Positions 14,965 to 29,464 of a stretch of DNA of 64,000 nucleotides are shown in pieces. Numbering within the stretch: position 1 is the stretch's first letter; every line of letters begins with the position of its first letter. The notes beneath the pieces are model-generated. The model had not been told where the DNA came from and searched no databases. It saw only the letters and a list, made by a program, of their open reading frames with translations. Origin of the DNA: Eledone cirrhosa (lineage: Eukaryota); contig OZ024757.1 of NCBI GenBank assembly GCA_964016885.1, positions 6,634,001 through 6,698,000 on the forward strand, in the 5' to 3' direction. Both the position numbers and the translations under genes were made by a program.

Positions 14965-17151
14965 ACCCCATCACTGTGAAATGTGAAACACACAAATATA
15001 CAGACACACTCTGGAAGGAAGAATATAAAATGTGAAGCTTGAAAAATCCTTATCTTATACTTATCATCATCACCGTTTTACGTCATGTGACCTCGTCTTG
15101 CTCGTACGGGAACTGATTGTGGCTTGATTTCTACAGCTTGATGTCCTTCTTAACACAAAACCTCATTTACTGTGTGTGCTAGGTGCTTTTTTTTACCATG
15201 GTGCCTACACAGCCACTTTACTCTGGGGGCTGGGTGCTTTTTTGTTGACCACTTTGTAGTGGGTGGGGATGGGGACATATTTGTCTATATGCTCCAGCTT
15301 CGGCTTGTAGCCGTGTGAAGTCAGGTCTTCTGTATTACTGCATGATGCCAGAGGGCACCGTCCTGCGTCATCGCTTTTGAGAGGTGCAATTGGGCAAGGT
15401 CAGGTTTTATCACCTCATCCCGCGTCTTCCTGGATCTCCCCACTCCATGGGTTCCAGCGACATTTAGTGCTCTGCACCTTTTAATGCAGCTGTCATCCTT
15501 CATATGCATCTATATATATATATACTCTATCAAATGGAAGAAGTATACTGCCATATATTGAAGATTACTACAATATCTAGGGAGTGAAGGGCAAGATATG
15601 CCAGACATTCCTACCAATGAATTGATGAGCTGGCTCCTGTGGTGGATACCTAAACATAGTAAGACCCTAGTGAGATGACTGAAAATGACCTACATAGATC
15701 AGATGTCTAGGGATGTTCAGCTGGGGATTAATGATCTCAAGAATGCCACGAAATAATAATATATATTAATGAACATTTATTATGGTGAAATATGTTGGAA
15801 ATTATTCTCAGGTTTTGTATTGTAATCCACAAATACACTCTGTAGAAAGTTCTACTTCATATTTGTCATTAAGGTTTCTTATAGAGACACAATCTTATTT
15901 TATTGGTGATGGTGGTGGATTGGCAGAATCAGTAGAGTGTCAGACGATATGCTTTGTGTCATATAGTTACATCCCTTTACATTCTGTATTAAAATCCTGC
16001 TGAGGTTAGCTTTACTCTTCTTCCTCAGAGGTTCAGTAAAATAAAGTACCAGTAATGCACTGGTGTTGAGTTAAAAGTAGAAACATTTATTTAAAGTCTA
16101 TAAAACTATAGATAGAATGCTTTCTGCCATATTTGTTCTGGTTCTCTGCGCTCTTAGTTTAAATCCTGCTGAGGTCAAATTTGCCTTTCATCGATTCAAG
16201 GTTGATAACACAAAACTACCAGTCTACCACAGGGGTCTGTTCTTCCTCTCTATATTTCTTTCTCACTTCCTCTCTCTCATTCTCTCTCCTTCTCTGGAAG
16301 AAATCATCGGTTCCAACCTGGTGAGTGAAGGGCTCCACCAAGCTTCAAATGTCCACAGTGACACCCCTATGACTCCATCAGTGCAAGAAAAACAAAACAA
16401 GATTGATGTGTTTATATGATGGAGTATAAACAGGTCCTTGACTGTAAAGATTAACATGAGTTAAGGTAAATATAATTGTAGACGTAAAATGTTAAGGTTT
16501 ATTCGATCTAAAGAGAAGAAAAAGCAATTCAAAGTCCAGTGAAAAAAATTTATGTTTAAATACATAACAAAAGTCTCTCTTTCCCTCTAGAAAAAAAAAC
16601 TTCTCCAGGTCGGAATAAAACAGATTTCTTCCAGAGAAAGACAGAGAGTGAGATATAGAGGAAGAATTAACCCCTAGTATTTGACTGGTACTTTATTATC
16701 AACCCCGAATGGAAGAAAAGTAAAGTTGAACTCAGATTAAAGAACAGGAAAAAATACTACAAAGAATTCTATGTGATGTTCTAACAACTTTACCAGATTA
16801 CCTTATGTATATATATTTGTCTCTAGAGATAAGAAACACTGAAGAAGTTTAGTATGAACCCTCTTAGAGTATCTCCTGAGCAGGATTGAACCCCAGAGCA
16901 GGACCTCCACCATCTCTGGTATCTCCCACCAGACCACCATGAAGGTTATAAGAAACTACTGAAATTTAATATTCATAAACCTACTTTCAATATGGAGTAA
17001 TTAACATGTGGTGTTGTTCATGCCTTTCTTAATGTTATTGGTAAAAAATAAAGTATTTAAACCTGAAATTTTGTTATTCAAATAATTAGATGCTTGCTTA
17101 TGTAATTATAAATGTCGCAGAACATATATATATATATATGAAAATATTCAG

Positions 17152-17188
17152 GACCCCGACGGCTGAGCTCCGGCCGTTTCAACAGCTA
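17152..17188 (-). ncRNA. 3' half of a hammerhead ribozyme (Penelope-type remnant)
   Basis: Minus strand GAAA-CGGC-cggagctca-GCCG-TC-GGGGTC, homologous to 44474-44502. Confidence 0.6.
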
Positions 17189-17344
17189 TATATATATCTT
17201 TAGTCTTAGGCCCACCAGAGCAGTCTCCAACGATCACAACCAGCTTATGGTGCCCAGTGGAAGCACTTTAGTCTAATTATAACCCCAAGGATCACGATTT
17301 TTTCATGTCTGTGCTAAGTGACGTTGACTGCCATATATATATAT

Positions 17345-20300
17345 ATCATCATCTTCGTTTAACGTCCATCTTCCACGCTAGCATGGGTTAGACGGGAGTT
17401 GTCCCACTTGAGGCAAGGTTGGGCGGATGACCGTGTCTCGCTCATATAGGACTATCTGTCAGGTTTTCTACAGCTGGATGCCCTTCCTAACACCAACCAC
17501 ATTTACAGTGTGGACTGGGAACTTATTACTGTGTTACCTACACGGCCACATTACAGCGTGGACCGTGTGTTTTTTTGTCGTGACACCCACACGATCTCGA
17601 TCTCATTATCTCATATATTTGGACTGGATGTTGTGCTACCAACTTTATAGAGAGAGGGTGGTGTTGGTGGGAGTGGGAGGATAGGGTAGTGGATTGGGGT
17701 GTATATTTGGTTAAAAGGAGGCTACTGACTGTAGGTTTCACTTTGTACATAAGCAAGGCGGGTCTTCTGTATTACTGCGTAGCGCCAAAGATCTCGATCC
17801 AGTGATATTGTCTTAGAGAGGTGCAAGTGTGTAAGGTCGGAATTTATCAGATCGTCCCAGGTTTTTCTGTGTCTACCTACTCCGTAACTACCATCAATAT
17901 TGATCGCCCTGCACTTTTTTACATGCGCATCACATGGCCATACCAACGTAGTCTTCTCTCGAGTAAACAACATCTGATCCCTCTTATTCCTAATTTCTCA
18001 CTTAGTTCATTTATGCTTTGCCGTTCACGTATGTTACTATTACACATCCAACGGAACATGCATGCTTCATTCCTTTCCAGTCTACGCAGGTCCTCTGCAC
18101 GTAATGCCCATGTCTCACTGCCATGTAGCATCGCTGTTCATATACAAGCATCATATAACCTGCCTTTAACTTTTAGAGAGAAGCCTTTTGTGGCCAACAG
18201 CAGTATAAGCTCTCTGAACATTTTCCATCCCGTTCTGACTCTGGCTACTGTACTTTCAGAGCACCCTCCACCACTGCTGATTTCTTCCCCCAGGTAACGG
18301 AAAGTGTCCACTATTTCTATAGAACCATCTGAGTAATACAGGGGGCTAGTAACCTGTGGACACTTGCTGCTACTTATTGCACCTGAGCATCGGCCACATA
18401 TAAAGTCTACGTTCTTAGATAGTTTACCTGTGATCCCACTACATCTTTTATGTACCCATACATGCATTTGGGACATACAATTTAATTTCTGTCTACTCCT
18501 TTCCTACACACTGAGCATGGCCATTTCCCTGAGGGTACCTGTGCCTTATTTTCCTTTCTACAAACTAGGACTTTAGTCTTAGACAAGTTAACTTTAAGGC
18601 CTTTTGATTCTAGGCCATGCTTCCATGTTTGGAATTTCTTTTCTAGTTCAGCCATTGATTCAGCTATGAGCGTTAGATCATCTGTGTATAGGAGTTCCCA
18701 TGGGCAGCCAGTCTTAAACTCCTCTGGTATAGCCTGAAGGGCAATAATAAATAGTAAGGGGCTAAGGACAGCCTTGATGAACACCAACTTTTACACTAAA
18801 TTCTTCACTCTATTCGTTGTTAATTCTAACCTTACTGACTGTTTCATTATACATAGCTTGTATAGCTCTCACAAGCCATTCATCTACACCTAGTTTTCTA
18901 AGAGACTACCAGATAATGGAGCGGGGGACTCTGTCAAAGGCTTTCTCCAGGTCTACAAAAGCTAAGTAGAGGGGTTTACTTTTAGCTAGGTACTTCTCTT
19001 GTAGTTGTCGTACAAGGAAAAGAGCGTCTGTGGTACTTTTACCTGACACAAACCCGAACTGCATTTCATCTAGATCAATTCTCTCTCTGATTAGTTGCGC
19101 TATATCTCTTTCTGTGACCTTCATGACCTGGTCAACTAACTTAATGCCTCTATAGTTTCCCCTATCTAGAGCAGCCCCTTTACCCTTGTAGCAGTTAATG
19201 ATGCTGCTGCTACGCCAGACTTTCAGTATGACCCCATTCTGTATTACTTGGTTAACTATACGGGTGCCCATAGTATGTCACACCATACCAGATGCCTTCA
19301 ACATCTCAACAACTACCTCCGAAGGTCCAGCTGCCCTGCCTGTCTTCATATCTTTGATTGCCTTACTTATTATACTACCTTCAACTTGCACGATCTATTG
19401 GATCGATTTGGGGCAGACTGTCTTTTTCCCATTTATTCTCCTCATTTAATAGTCTCTCGTAGTGACACTTCCAGGCTATCTTCTCATCAGTATCAGTGAG
19501 TGCAAGTACACCATTATCATTAAGGACACACTTCTCCCTGACAATATCACGGTTTTCCTTGACACATTGTCTAGCAATCCTGAACACCTCACGTTGTAGA
19601 ACATGCTTGAACTTTCTATCCTCTGCTACCCTTTTTGCAAGGTACACTTGTCTCCTAGCTTCTCTCCTGGCCACTTGATAGTGCTCTCTACTTCCCCCAT
19701 CTTGCCATACTTTCCAAGCCTGCTTTTTGGCCTTGATTGTCTCTTCCACTTACTGTTCCACCACCAAGTTACTCTTCTCCTGCCAATAGGTCTGCTCCAG
19801 CCACAGATTTCATCCGTTGCTTTCAGCAGGTTCACTTTCAGGAATTCCCACTGTTTCTCTATATCGCACGTCTCTAATTGCTCTTCCTTATTGTCAAAGG
19901 CATCAAGTAATAAACTTTTAAATTTATCACTAGCTGTGGGGTCCTTTAACTTCCATATTTTTCTCCTTAGGGTAGTCCTCCTCTGTCGTCGAGTACGTCT
20001 ATTCCTGACTATGAGGTCACTAAGTACTAGGCTATGTTGGGAGGTGCATTCTTCACGGGGGAGGGATTTTGTGTTTACAACAGACACTTTGTCCTGTCTT
20101 CTAGTAAGGATATAATCTATCTGGCTGGCGTGTTCCCCTGATGTACAGGTGATGAAGTGGTTTCTCGTTTTTGAAGTTTGTGTTACAGATAGTTAGGTTA
20201 TTAGCATCACAAAATTCCATGATTCTGAAGCCTTCCTCATTTATAGTACCAAACCCATAGCCTCCATTGATTCCATCATAGCCATCACTATGTCCAATGT

Positions 20301-20510
20301 GACCATTTAGGTCACCAGCAATAATTATGCAGTCACTGTCTGTTATTTGGGAGGTAGTGTGCATTGGCGACTCATAGAACCTGTCTTTTATCACATCAGT
20401 AGACCAGATTGGGGTACATAAGCGGATATTATTGTCACAGTAGTGTGTGTGTGTATTTCTACATATATATAATTGAATTAAGACTAGTTCTATTTAGAAC
20501 TAGTCTTAAT
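17345..20510 (-). mobile_element. 5'-truncated RTE-clade LINE, degenerate
   Basis: ORFs 20101-20394 (endonuclease), 18906-19271 (AFVDLEKAFDRV), 18482-18787 (LLYTDDL), 17919-18131 (MLHGSETW..RLRWYGHVMRM). Confidence 0.95.
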
Positions 20511-20791
20511 TCAATTATATATATGTAGAAATACACACACACACACACACATATATATATATGTAGATACACACACACATACACATATATATATATGTAG
20601 ATACACACACACACATATATATATATATATAGCTACACACACACAGATATATTTATATATACATACACACATCTATATACATACACACATACACAGATAT
20701 ATATATATATACATACACACATATCTATATATATATACATACATACATATATACATACACACACACACATATATATATACATACACACATA

Positions 20792-20829
<38 letters not shown>

Positions 20830-21102
20830 CATACACACACATATATATACATACACAGAACGTGCAAGGAAATCCTGTTTCGTGTGTGAGAAACTATAGT
20901 AACTATCGTACCTACATTATAAACACTGGACATAGACTTCATTTCTAGCCTATATACATCTCTTAATTATATATACATGTGTAGATCTTTTTATATACAC
21001 ACCCATAGAATAGGAAAACAGAAAGAAAATATATTTTATTGATCTCCTTAACAAGTGTGTTATACTTAGACATATCTATTTGTTTACCTATTGTTGTATT
21101 GT

Positions 21103-21515
21103 ATGGATGGACAGACAGAACATAATTGCTATGGTGACATCCATAGATGAGGTGTGTGTAATAAAATTGTTCACTGTCCCAAAATAGAAGATTGCCAGGA
21201 AAATCACGTCTGTCATCTATGTACCGAACCCAAGAACTATTTCCAAAATAGATAGATTCAATGTGGTAAATGTCATGTTTCTCTCTGTCTTCAATGTGCC
21301 ATAAACTTTCCAAAGATCCCAGGTCAAAAAAAATGAGACACCATATTTCTATGATGGATGGACTCTGGGTAAAGGTGCTGCTACCAAATTGGTCCTTTCA
21401 GTCCCTGGTCTGTGTGTCTTCCTATACCATTGCTGTTGAACAACACAAACCAACTACTATGTCTTCTCCTACCATTCCTGTTGAAGAACATCAACAACAA
21501 CAACAACAAAAATAG
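21103..21515 (+). pseudogene. Degenerate Cys-rich coding segment with four CxxC-type pairs, followed by a polyQ stretch; candidate 5' exon of the RING-death domain gene
   Basis: From ATG 21103: MDGQTEHNCYGDIHR*GVCNKIVHCPKIEDCQENHVCHLCTEPKNYFQNR*IQCGKCHVSLCLQCAINF; stops at 21148 and 21253. Confidence 0.45.
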
Positions 21516-21574
21516 ACCCTCAATACAGAAGTTGTGGAAGTTTGACAACTGATTTCTACTTTAAGCCAAGAAAT

Positions 21575-21885
21575 AGCAGGAAAACAGTACAGACCCCATG
21601 ACTTTCAGAAACATCTTTTCATGCTCAGAGTTACTGAAGCATGGAACCAACTACCTGCATCAGTTGTTAGCTGTCAGGACACTGCATCCTTTAACACCTC
21701 CATCCTTCCTGAAATTCTCCAACACTACACCTGATATCCTCACCTCCATACATGCACGCATGTGTGTGTATATCATGACTCAATCACTGTTCACTTTCCT
21801 GATATTTCTACATTACTCTATGTACAATACATGCACCTTTGATGAGTTGTAGTGCACCTGAGCATGATTTTCATTATTATTATTG
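21575..21885 (+). mobile_element. CR1/L2-type LINE 3' end
   Basis: Translates FQKHLFMLRVTEAWNQLPASVV..ASF (CR1-like C-terminal RV..WN.LP motif) and ends in (ATT)n. Confidence 0.7.
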
Positions 21886-22291
21886 ATTATGGATTGGCAG
21901 TATCAGTAGAGTGTCACACACCATGCTTTGCAGCATAGAGTTATGTCCCTGAACGTTCTGAGTTCAAATCCCACCTTTTATTATAAATCAGCATCATCAT
22001 CATCATGAAAGGCACTGCTGATTTTATCATGGCACCAACACTAGGGATGTTGTCATGTCTTTGAAACCACTACAGAATCCTCTCTATCCTTTGTTTGGAA
22101 AGTTTTGTATGACAGGAAGCCCTTCCTATTACCAACCACATTACAGAGTGTACTGGTTGTATGTTATCATGTCACCAATACTAGAGAGGTTGTTATACCC
22201 TTCACACATAATCTCTGTAAACTTGTATACAATGTAATATTTGGTGTAAATTAATGTTGTTGGTGGGTTGTATCTTTATTTTCTTTTACAG

Positions 22292-22434
22292 AGCTGTATG
22301 TCCCCCATGTAAGGTTAATAAAGCCACCAATACATCCAACCCATGTCAACATAAAGTTGATTGTGGAAAATGTTGTTCCACAATTGAACATTGTCCACAG
22401 TGTGGAATGACTGTATGTACGGTGGATGAATTTA
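22292..22434 (+). CDS. Exon encoding a C3HC4 RING finger (IAP/Mind-bomb-type spacing)
   Basis: Acceptor TTCTTTTACAG, donor GTAAGT; CPPCKVNKATNTSNPCQHKVDCGKCCSTIEHCPQCG. Confidence 0.8.
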
Positions 22435-22477
22435 GTAAGTAATTCTTTGATAGTCTGTCTGTATATTTCCATTCATG

Positions 22478-22985
22478 ACTTAGTGGTTAGTGTGTTTGTC
22501 TCATGATCATAAGGTTCTGAGTTCAATTCCCAGGAACATATTGTACCTTTGAGCAAGACACTTTATTTCATGTTACTTCAGTCCACTTAGATGGGAAAAT
22601 GAGTTGTATTTGTAATTCAAAAGGCCAGCTTTGTTTCATACTTTGTTATGCTGAATCTCCCTGAGAATTATAATAATGGTGACCGTTATTGTTACTGTAA
22701 TTCAATGGTCCAGCTATATCACATACAACATATCACTGAATCTCCCTTAGAATCATGTTAAGAGAACATATGTCTGTGGAATACTCAGCCACTCTCACTA
22801 TAATACAAGATGGACTGTACCTGTAATTAAAAGGATCAGCTTGTCACACACTGTGCCATACTGAATCTCCCTGAGAATTACGCTATGGGTGTACATGTCT
22901 ATGGAATACTCAGCCATTTGCACCTTAATTACATGAGTAAACTGTTCTGTTATTCAAACAATTGGAACACTCATTGTTAGAACTG
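22478..22985 (+). mobile_element. tRNA-headed SINE of a second family with internal tandem repeats
   Basis: TAGTGGTTAG A box, GAGTTCAATTCC B box, repeated CTGAATCTCCCTGAGAA; minus-strand relative at 33715-34035. Confidence 0.7.
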
Positions 22986-23033
22986 ACAGATGTCTAAAAG
23001 ACAGGTGTAACTTCTACTTCCTCAAATTTTCAG

Positions 23034-23080
23034 GTAGTTGGCTTCTCCCTGCTACTGATGTCCACTGTATTGATGGAGAG
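23034..23080 (+). CDS. Putative short linker exon of the RING-death domain gene
   Basis: Acceptor TTTTCAG; phase 1 matches the RING exon end (SSWLLPATDVHCIDGE); weak donor GTCAGC. Confidence 0.45.
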
Positions 23081-23296
23081 GTCAGCAAAGATTTGAGAAA
23101 CTATGATTTATTTATTTATTTATATAAGGGGTCTGTAGGAGATAATTTATAATGTTGGGGGTCATTTCATGGATCCCTTTCAGATATTTTCACAGCATTA
23201 ATGTAGAGATGACTTGTTAAAGGTAGCTAATGATGATTTGTGTAAGTGTACAGTGTTTTAGGACACCTGTTATCACTTTCCTTCTCACCTGTATAG

Positions 23297-23370
23297 AATA
23301 ATCAGTGCTCACCGATAAGATCCTGTATCATTATGGAGGACACGTGACATGTAAATATTTGTAAATATTG
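23297..23370 (+). pseudogene. Putative exon for the death-domain N-terminus, damaged
   Basis: After CTGTATAG; restoring one base gives N(K)SVLTDKILYHYGGHVTCKYL*IL, resembling death-domain helices 1-2. Confidence 0.4.
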
Positions 23371-24634
23371 CATGAATGAAATGACATTCTGGTGAACACA
23401 GATGTGGTCAGTTTAAACTAAAGATTGCCAACATCGACCTTTCTCAAGGAAAGCAGGTGTATCTACTCCTATTTCATGTCAGCTATCATGAATTTGTGGC
23501 TAGGTCTTTGATAACCAGCTTGGCTGATATTAGAATTAAGAAGAAAATAAACAGAATATTTATTAGTAAAATACAGAGATGAGAGGACAGTGATGCTATA
23601 TTGTAGATTTGGCATAAGTGAAAGACAAACTATGAGAAAAACATGTATAATCAGCTGATAGTGGAATGAGATAATTACAGCATTGTTAGAATATATAAGA
23701 TGTTTTTATAGATAGAAAATATTTATAAAGTTTAACATATTTTGTTGTGGGCCTAAATACTCAGATATGACCTGATATAACAAGAAGAGAAAATATTGAC
23801 TAAAGCCATTGTGATCACTAGTTGACTTCTGATGATAGGAATGTCTGAAAATATAAAATATAGATTATAAACAGGAATAGAAAATCTTTACAGTAAAATG
23901 AAAAAAACTGGGAAATATTTTTTCAGGGTCTCAAAAGCCGAATGAGAAAGTCCTGTGTAAGGTAACAGAACTGTTAGTGGAAAAATGGTTTGCAGTTGGT
24001 GAGTATAAGATTACAGTATCTTGTTGATTTCTATAAAGTTTACTTTTAACTGAATTGGTAAAAATGGATAAATTAGAAGACACAATATAACTAATATTGT
24101 CTTCTAAAACAGGGAATAAAAATCTGTTGGTGTATTGGGGTAAACAAGTGAGTTAATGGGAATGTTTTTGTTTGTTTTTATTGAAACATATTCAATTTAC
24201 AGATAGGTTGTTATTGTTATTTAGTCTCGGTTCTGCCATGATCTGCAGATTTATAATAGAGGGTGTTCCAGGTGTGACCACCCTACATTATTCCTAGAGA
24301 TTGTTACTCCTTCATTCTTCAGTCATTTTTGTCTTATCAGATGGTGTAGTCTTATTGTTAAGGTTATGGTCTTCCTTTGTCCACACTCTCTACCAAAGGC
24401 TTCCTTCTCTGGAAAAACATTTAATATTCACAACCATCTGTCTATTTGTTTTCTGATAAGAATAAAGTTAATCTAGCTTGTATGTCTACCTGATCAAATG
24501 ACTGGCTGATATCTTGAAGTCATTTACACCACAGAACTGTAGGAGTCTTGATCCCTCAAGCCTTACCTCTAGCTATCATGTACTCCAAAAGAGTCACCTT
24601 GGTGCTACTCAACATGTCCATTAAATTTAGCAGC

Positions 24635-25950
24635 AAGGATGCACTCTTCTTAGTGAGACAACTACAAGAGAGGTTCTTAGAGAAGAATAAACCACTATAG
24701 TTAGCTTTTGTTGACCTAGAGAAGGCCTTTGATAGAGAACCCCGATCTGTCATCTGGTAGTCCCTAAGGAAACTAGGTGTAGAGGAATGGCTTGTGAGGA
24801 CAGTGCAAGCTATGTACAGGGGTGCTGTCAGTAAAGTGAGAGTAGGAATGGAGTTTAGTGAGGAATTCCAGATACAAGTAGGTGTACATCAGTGTTCGGT
24901 CCTCAGTCCGCTCTTGTTCATTATAGTCCTCCAAGTCATAACAGAGGAGTTTAAGACTGGCTGTCTATGGGAACTACTCTATACTGACGATCTGGTTCTT
25001 ATAGCAGAATCAGTAGAGGAGCTAGAGAATAAATTCTGGCTATGGAAACAGCAGTTGGAAGCAAGAGGACTGAGAGTAAATCGAGCTAAGACAAAAGTGT
25101 TGATGAGTAGAAAAGAGGACAAAACTCTGATTCCACCAGGGAAATGGTCATATTCGATATGTATAAAATGTAAGCAATGCAGATCTTGCGTACTCAAGAG
25201 ATGTAGTGGGATAGCAGGCAAACTGACAGGTCGGGAAAACTACGTATGCAGTAGATGTACAGGGAAATTTGACAGTGGAAGTCGCAGTGATAGACACATT
25301 TTTCAAATGCAGGTAGGATCTACAGAGTTAGTTGATAGCTTCTGATACCTAGGTGATCAGATTAATATGGGAGGAGGGTGCTCCGAGGCCATAGTATCTA
25401 GAATAAGGATGGGTTGGAAGAAGTTTAGGGAACTGCTTCCTCTGCTGTTGAAGAAGGGTTTCTCCCTACGAACGAAAGGCTGGTTATATGATGGCTGTGT
25501 GAGATGTGTGATGCTGCATGGTAGTGAGACATGGACAGCAACTGTGGAGGAAATATGACGGCCGGAGAGAAATGAAGCAAGCATGCTCCGTTGGATGTGC
25601 AATGTCAATGAGTGTGAATGACCCAGCATAGACGAGTTGAGAGAGAAACTGTGTATAAGAGAGATAAGATATAGTGTGCAGGAGAGAAGACTGTGTTGGT
25701 ATGGATGTGTGATATGCATGGCGGGTGACTGCTGAGTAATGAAGTGCCAAGATATCCCAGTGGAAGGAAGACGCAGCAGAGGAAGACCACAAAAAACATG
25801 GGGAGAGGTGGTGAGAGCAGACCTCAGATCGCTGAAGCTCACAGAGTAGATGACAAAGGACCATCTCAAATGGAGAGATGATGAATAGGACCCATCCCAC
25901 CCTTGCAAGCAGGGAAAAGAGGATGTAAAATGATGATGATGATGATGAGG
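24635..25950 (+). mobile_element. RTE LINE fragment (RT to 3' end)
   Basis: VLSPLLFIIV, ELLYTDDLVL, MLHGSETW, (GAT)n tail. Confidence 0.9.
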
Positions 25951-26416
25951 AAATGTTTGTCACTTGTCATTGATGTCTTGGTAGATTTTAGGCAGAAATA
26001 TGACTATTTCAGACACTGATCTTGTGATGATATTGAGGGTCTTCAATCTCATCCTTTAAACCTTTCCTATGGATGACATGTTGTGAGTATTGGTTATCAA
26101 TGTTGGATATTTAAATTCTGAACCAGTTCTGATAATACAAAAACTTCTGCCATTTCTTTGCCATAATTTTCTCAAGTCTATTTTCTTTAATCTTGTTCTT
26201 CTTTCTTCTCCTCACTTCAGCTTCTTTATTTTTGTCGGTATCCTTGGAAACATACAACAATGTTTTAGAATGTTTATGTTAATTATTTCTATTACTCTAC
26301 AGCTAGTTACTTTGTTATTTACAACAACCTGTGGTATACATATTTTATATAACTAATCTGTTTAATGTTGTTGTTGTTGTTATAGTATTGGTTTCTTATT
26401 GTTTTATATTTTACAG

Positions 26417-26622
26417 GTGTTGAATTAGAAGTTCCATCTATTGAACTTGACACAATAGAGCATGACAATCCTAAGAGTGTTGTGAAATGGGCTTTTCTAA
26501 TGTTACGCAGATGGTGTGAAAAATGTAAACCAGAAGAATGCACCATAGCCACTCTGAAAGAAGCTCTAAAAGTAAAAGAATATTTTGAGGCTCTTGATTG
26601 TCTAGATTCAAAGGAAAATTAG
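26417..26622 (+). CDS. Terminal exon encoding the C-terminal part of a death domain
   Basis: Acceptor TATTTTACAG; VELEVPSIELDTIEHDNPKSVVKWAFLMLRRWCEKCKPEECTIATLKEALKVKEYFEALDCLDSKEN*; AATAAA at about 26942. Confidence 0.8.
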
Positions 26623-26814
26623 TCTCTATTATCATCATCATCATCATCTTATATCTGTGTTCCATTCTAGCATTAGCTGGATGGGTTGTGTTGTCATGGA
26701 ACGAGACCAGACATTGCTGGATGACGTTTTCAATGACAACCACTTTACAGAGTGAACAGGGTGTATTTTATTGTGGCAGCAAGTCTATCACGCTACACCA
26801 CCACTTTATACCCT

Positions 26815-26862
<48 letters not shown>

Positions 26863-27099
26863 GAAAAAGGATGGAAAGAAAGAAAGTGTGAAAAAGAGAA
26901 GAATTACTTTTACCAAAAATATTGTTTATCACCAAATTATAAATAAATAAAATATTCTATTTTGGTAGATTCAGTCGTTTGTTAAATTTATTTGATTTAT
27001 TTTGATATGTTGTATATATATATATAATTAAGTAGTGTATATATTATTTCTGTATACACACACAAAAATATATACATACAAATATATATATATGTGTAT

Positions 27100-28598
<1,499 letters not shown>

Positions 28599-28861
28599 TC
28601 ACCAATAAAATAAGTATTGCATATCAACGAAGCAGTCTCTTACCTTGTTACTCGATGTGCTAGAAATAGCAGCCAACTCACTTTTAAACATTTTAAATTA
28701 AGAGAATTAGACATGTAGCTGTGTGTAGACATGAAGGGAAGTTAGTGGTTGTTATGAAAGAGGATGATAAACAAGACAAATAATAATTCAGGTTAGATAT
28801 AAGTTTACTTCACTTCAGCAAAAAGGTAAAAATATCTGATTACTTCAAATCATAAATATAA

Positions 28862-29050
28862 TTGTTTCTACTTTAGGCACAAGGCCAGCAATTTCCCAGT
28901 ACATTACTGGTACTTTATTTTATCGACCCCGTAAGGATGAAAAGCAAAGTTAACCTCGGCGGGATTTGAACTGAGACTGTAAAGGGACGTAACTATGCTA
29001 GAAAGCATGGCGTCCAACTCTCTGCCGATACTGCCAATTCACCACCCTCA
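28862..29050 (-). mobile_element. tRNA-derived SINE
   Basis: Reverse complement of the 12422 family (CTGGTACTTTATTTTATCGACCCC...GGGATTTGAAC). Confidence 0.85.
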
Positions 29051-29464
29051 AATCATAAATATAATGTTTGATTGTAGTATTTACAAATGAATATAGTGTT
29101 GTACTGGAGAATCTTTGTTTAATATGCTATGTTTGATTAAATATTGACAAGTTGTAGTCAGACAGTATGTACCAGTAGAGGTAGTAGTAAGCAGTGGCAA
29201 GGGAGCTGTGTTGTTTTTTATGAAGAGGCAGATGACAGAGTTAGGACCACAGGACAGCCTATTTATAATGACAGCTAGTTATTTTTGATAAATAACAGAT
29301 GGCCCCAGAATAAGTTCTCCTTTGTAGGAATGGTGCTGTAAACCTAGCCTCCAGAAAATTTAACTGTTGTCTTCTCTGCGAAGTCACAGGTCACTTTTTG
29401 GTGGCCATGTCGATAAGAGAAGACTGTGGGAAAACATTTCTTTCACTACACACACATATACATA

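Noticed and set aside
21148-21159. TGA in a UxxC position suggesting selenocysteine, or stop recoding by A-to-I editing
   Set aside because: The same frame has a TAG and a frameshift, and no SECIS was recognised; decay is the simpler explanation
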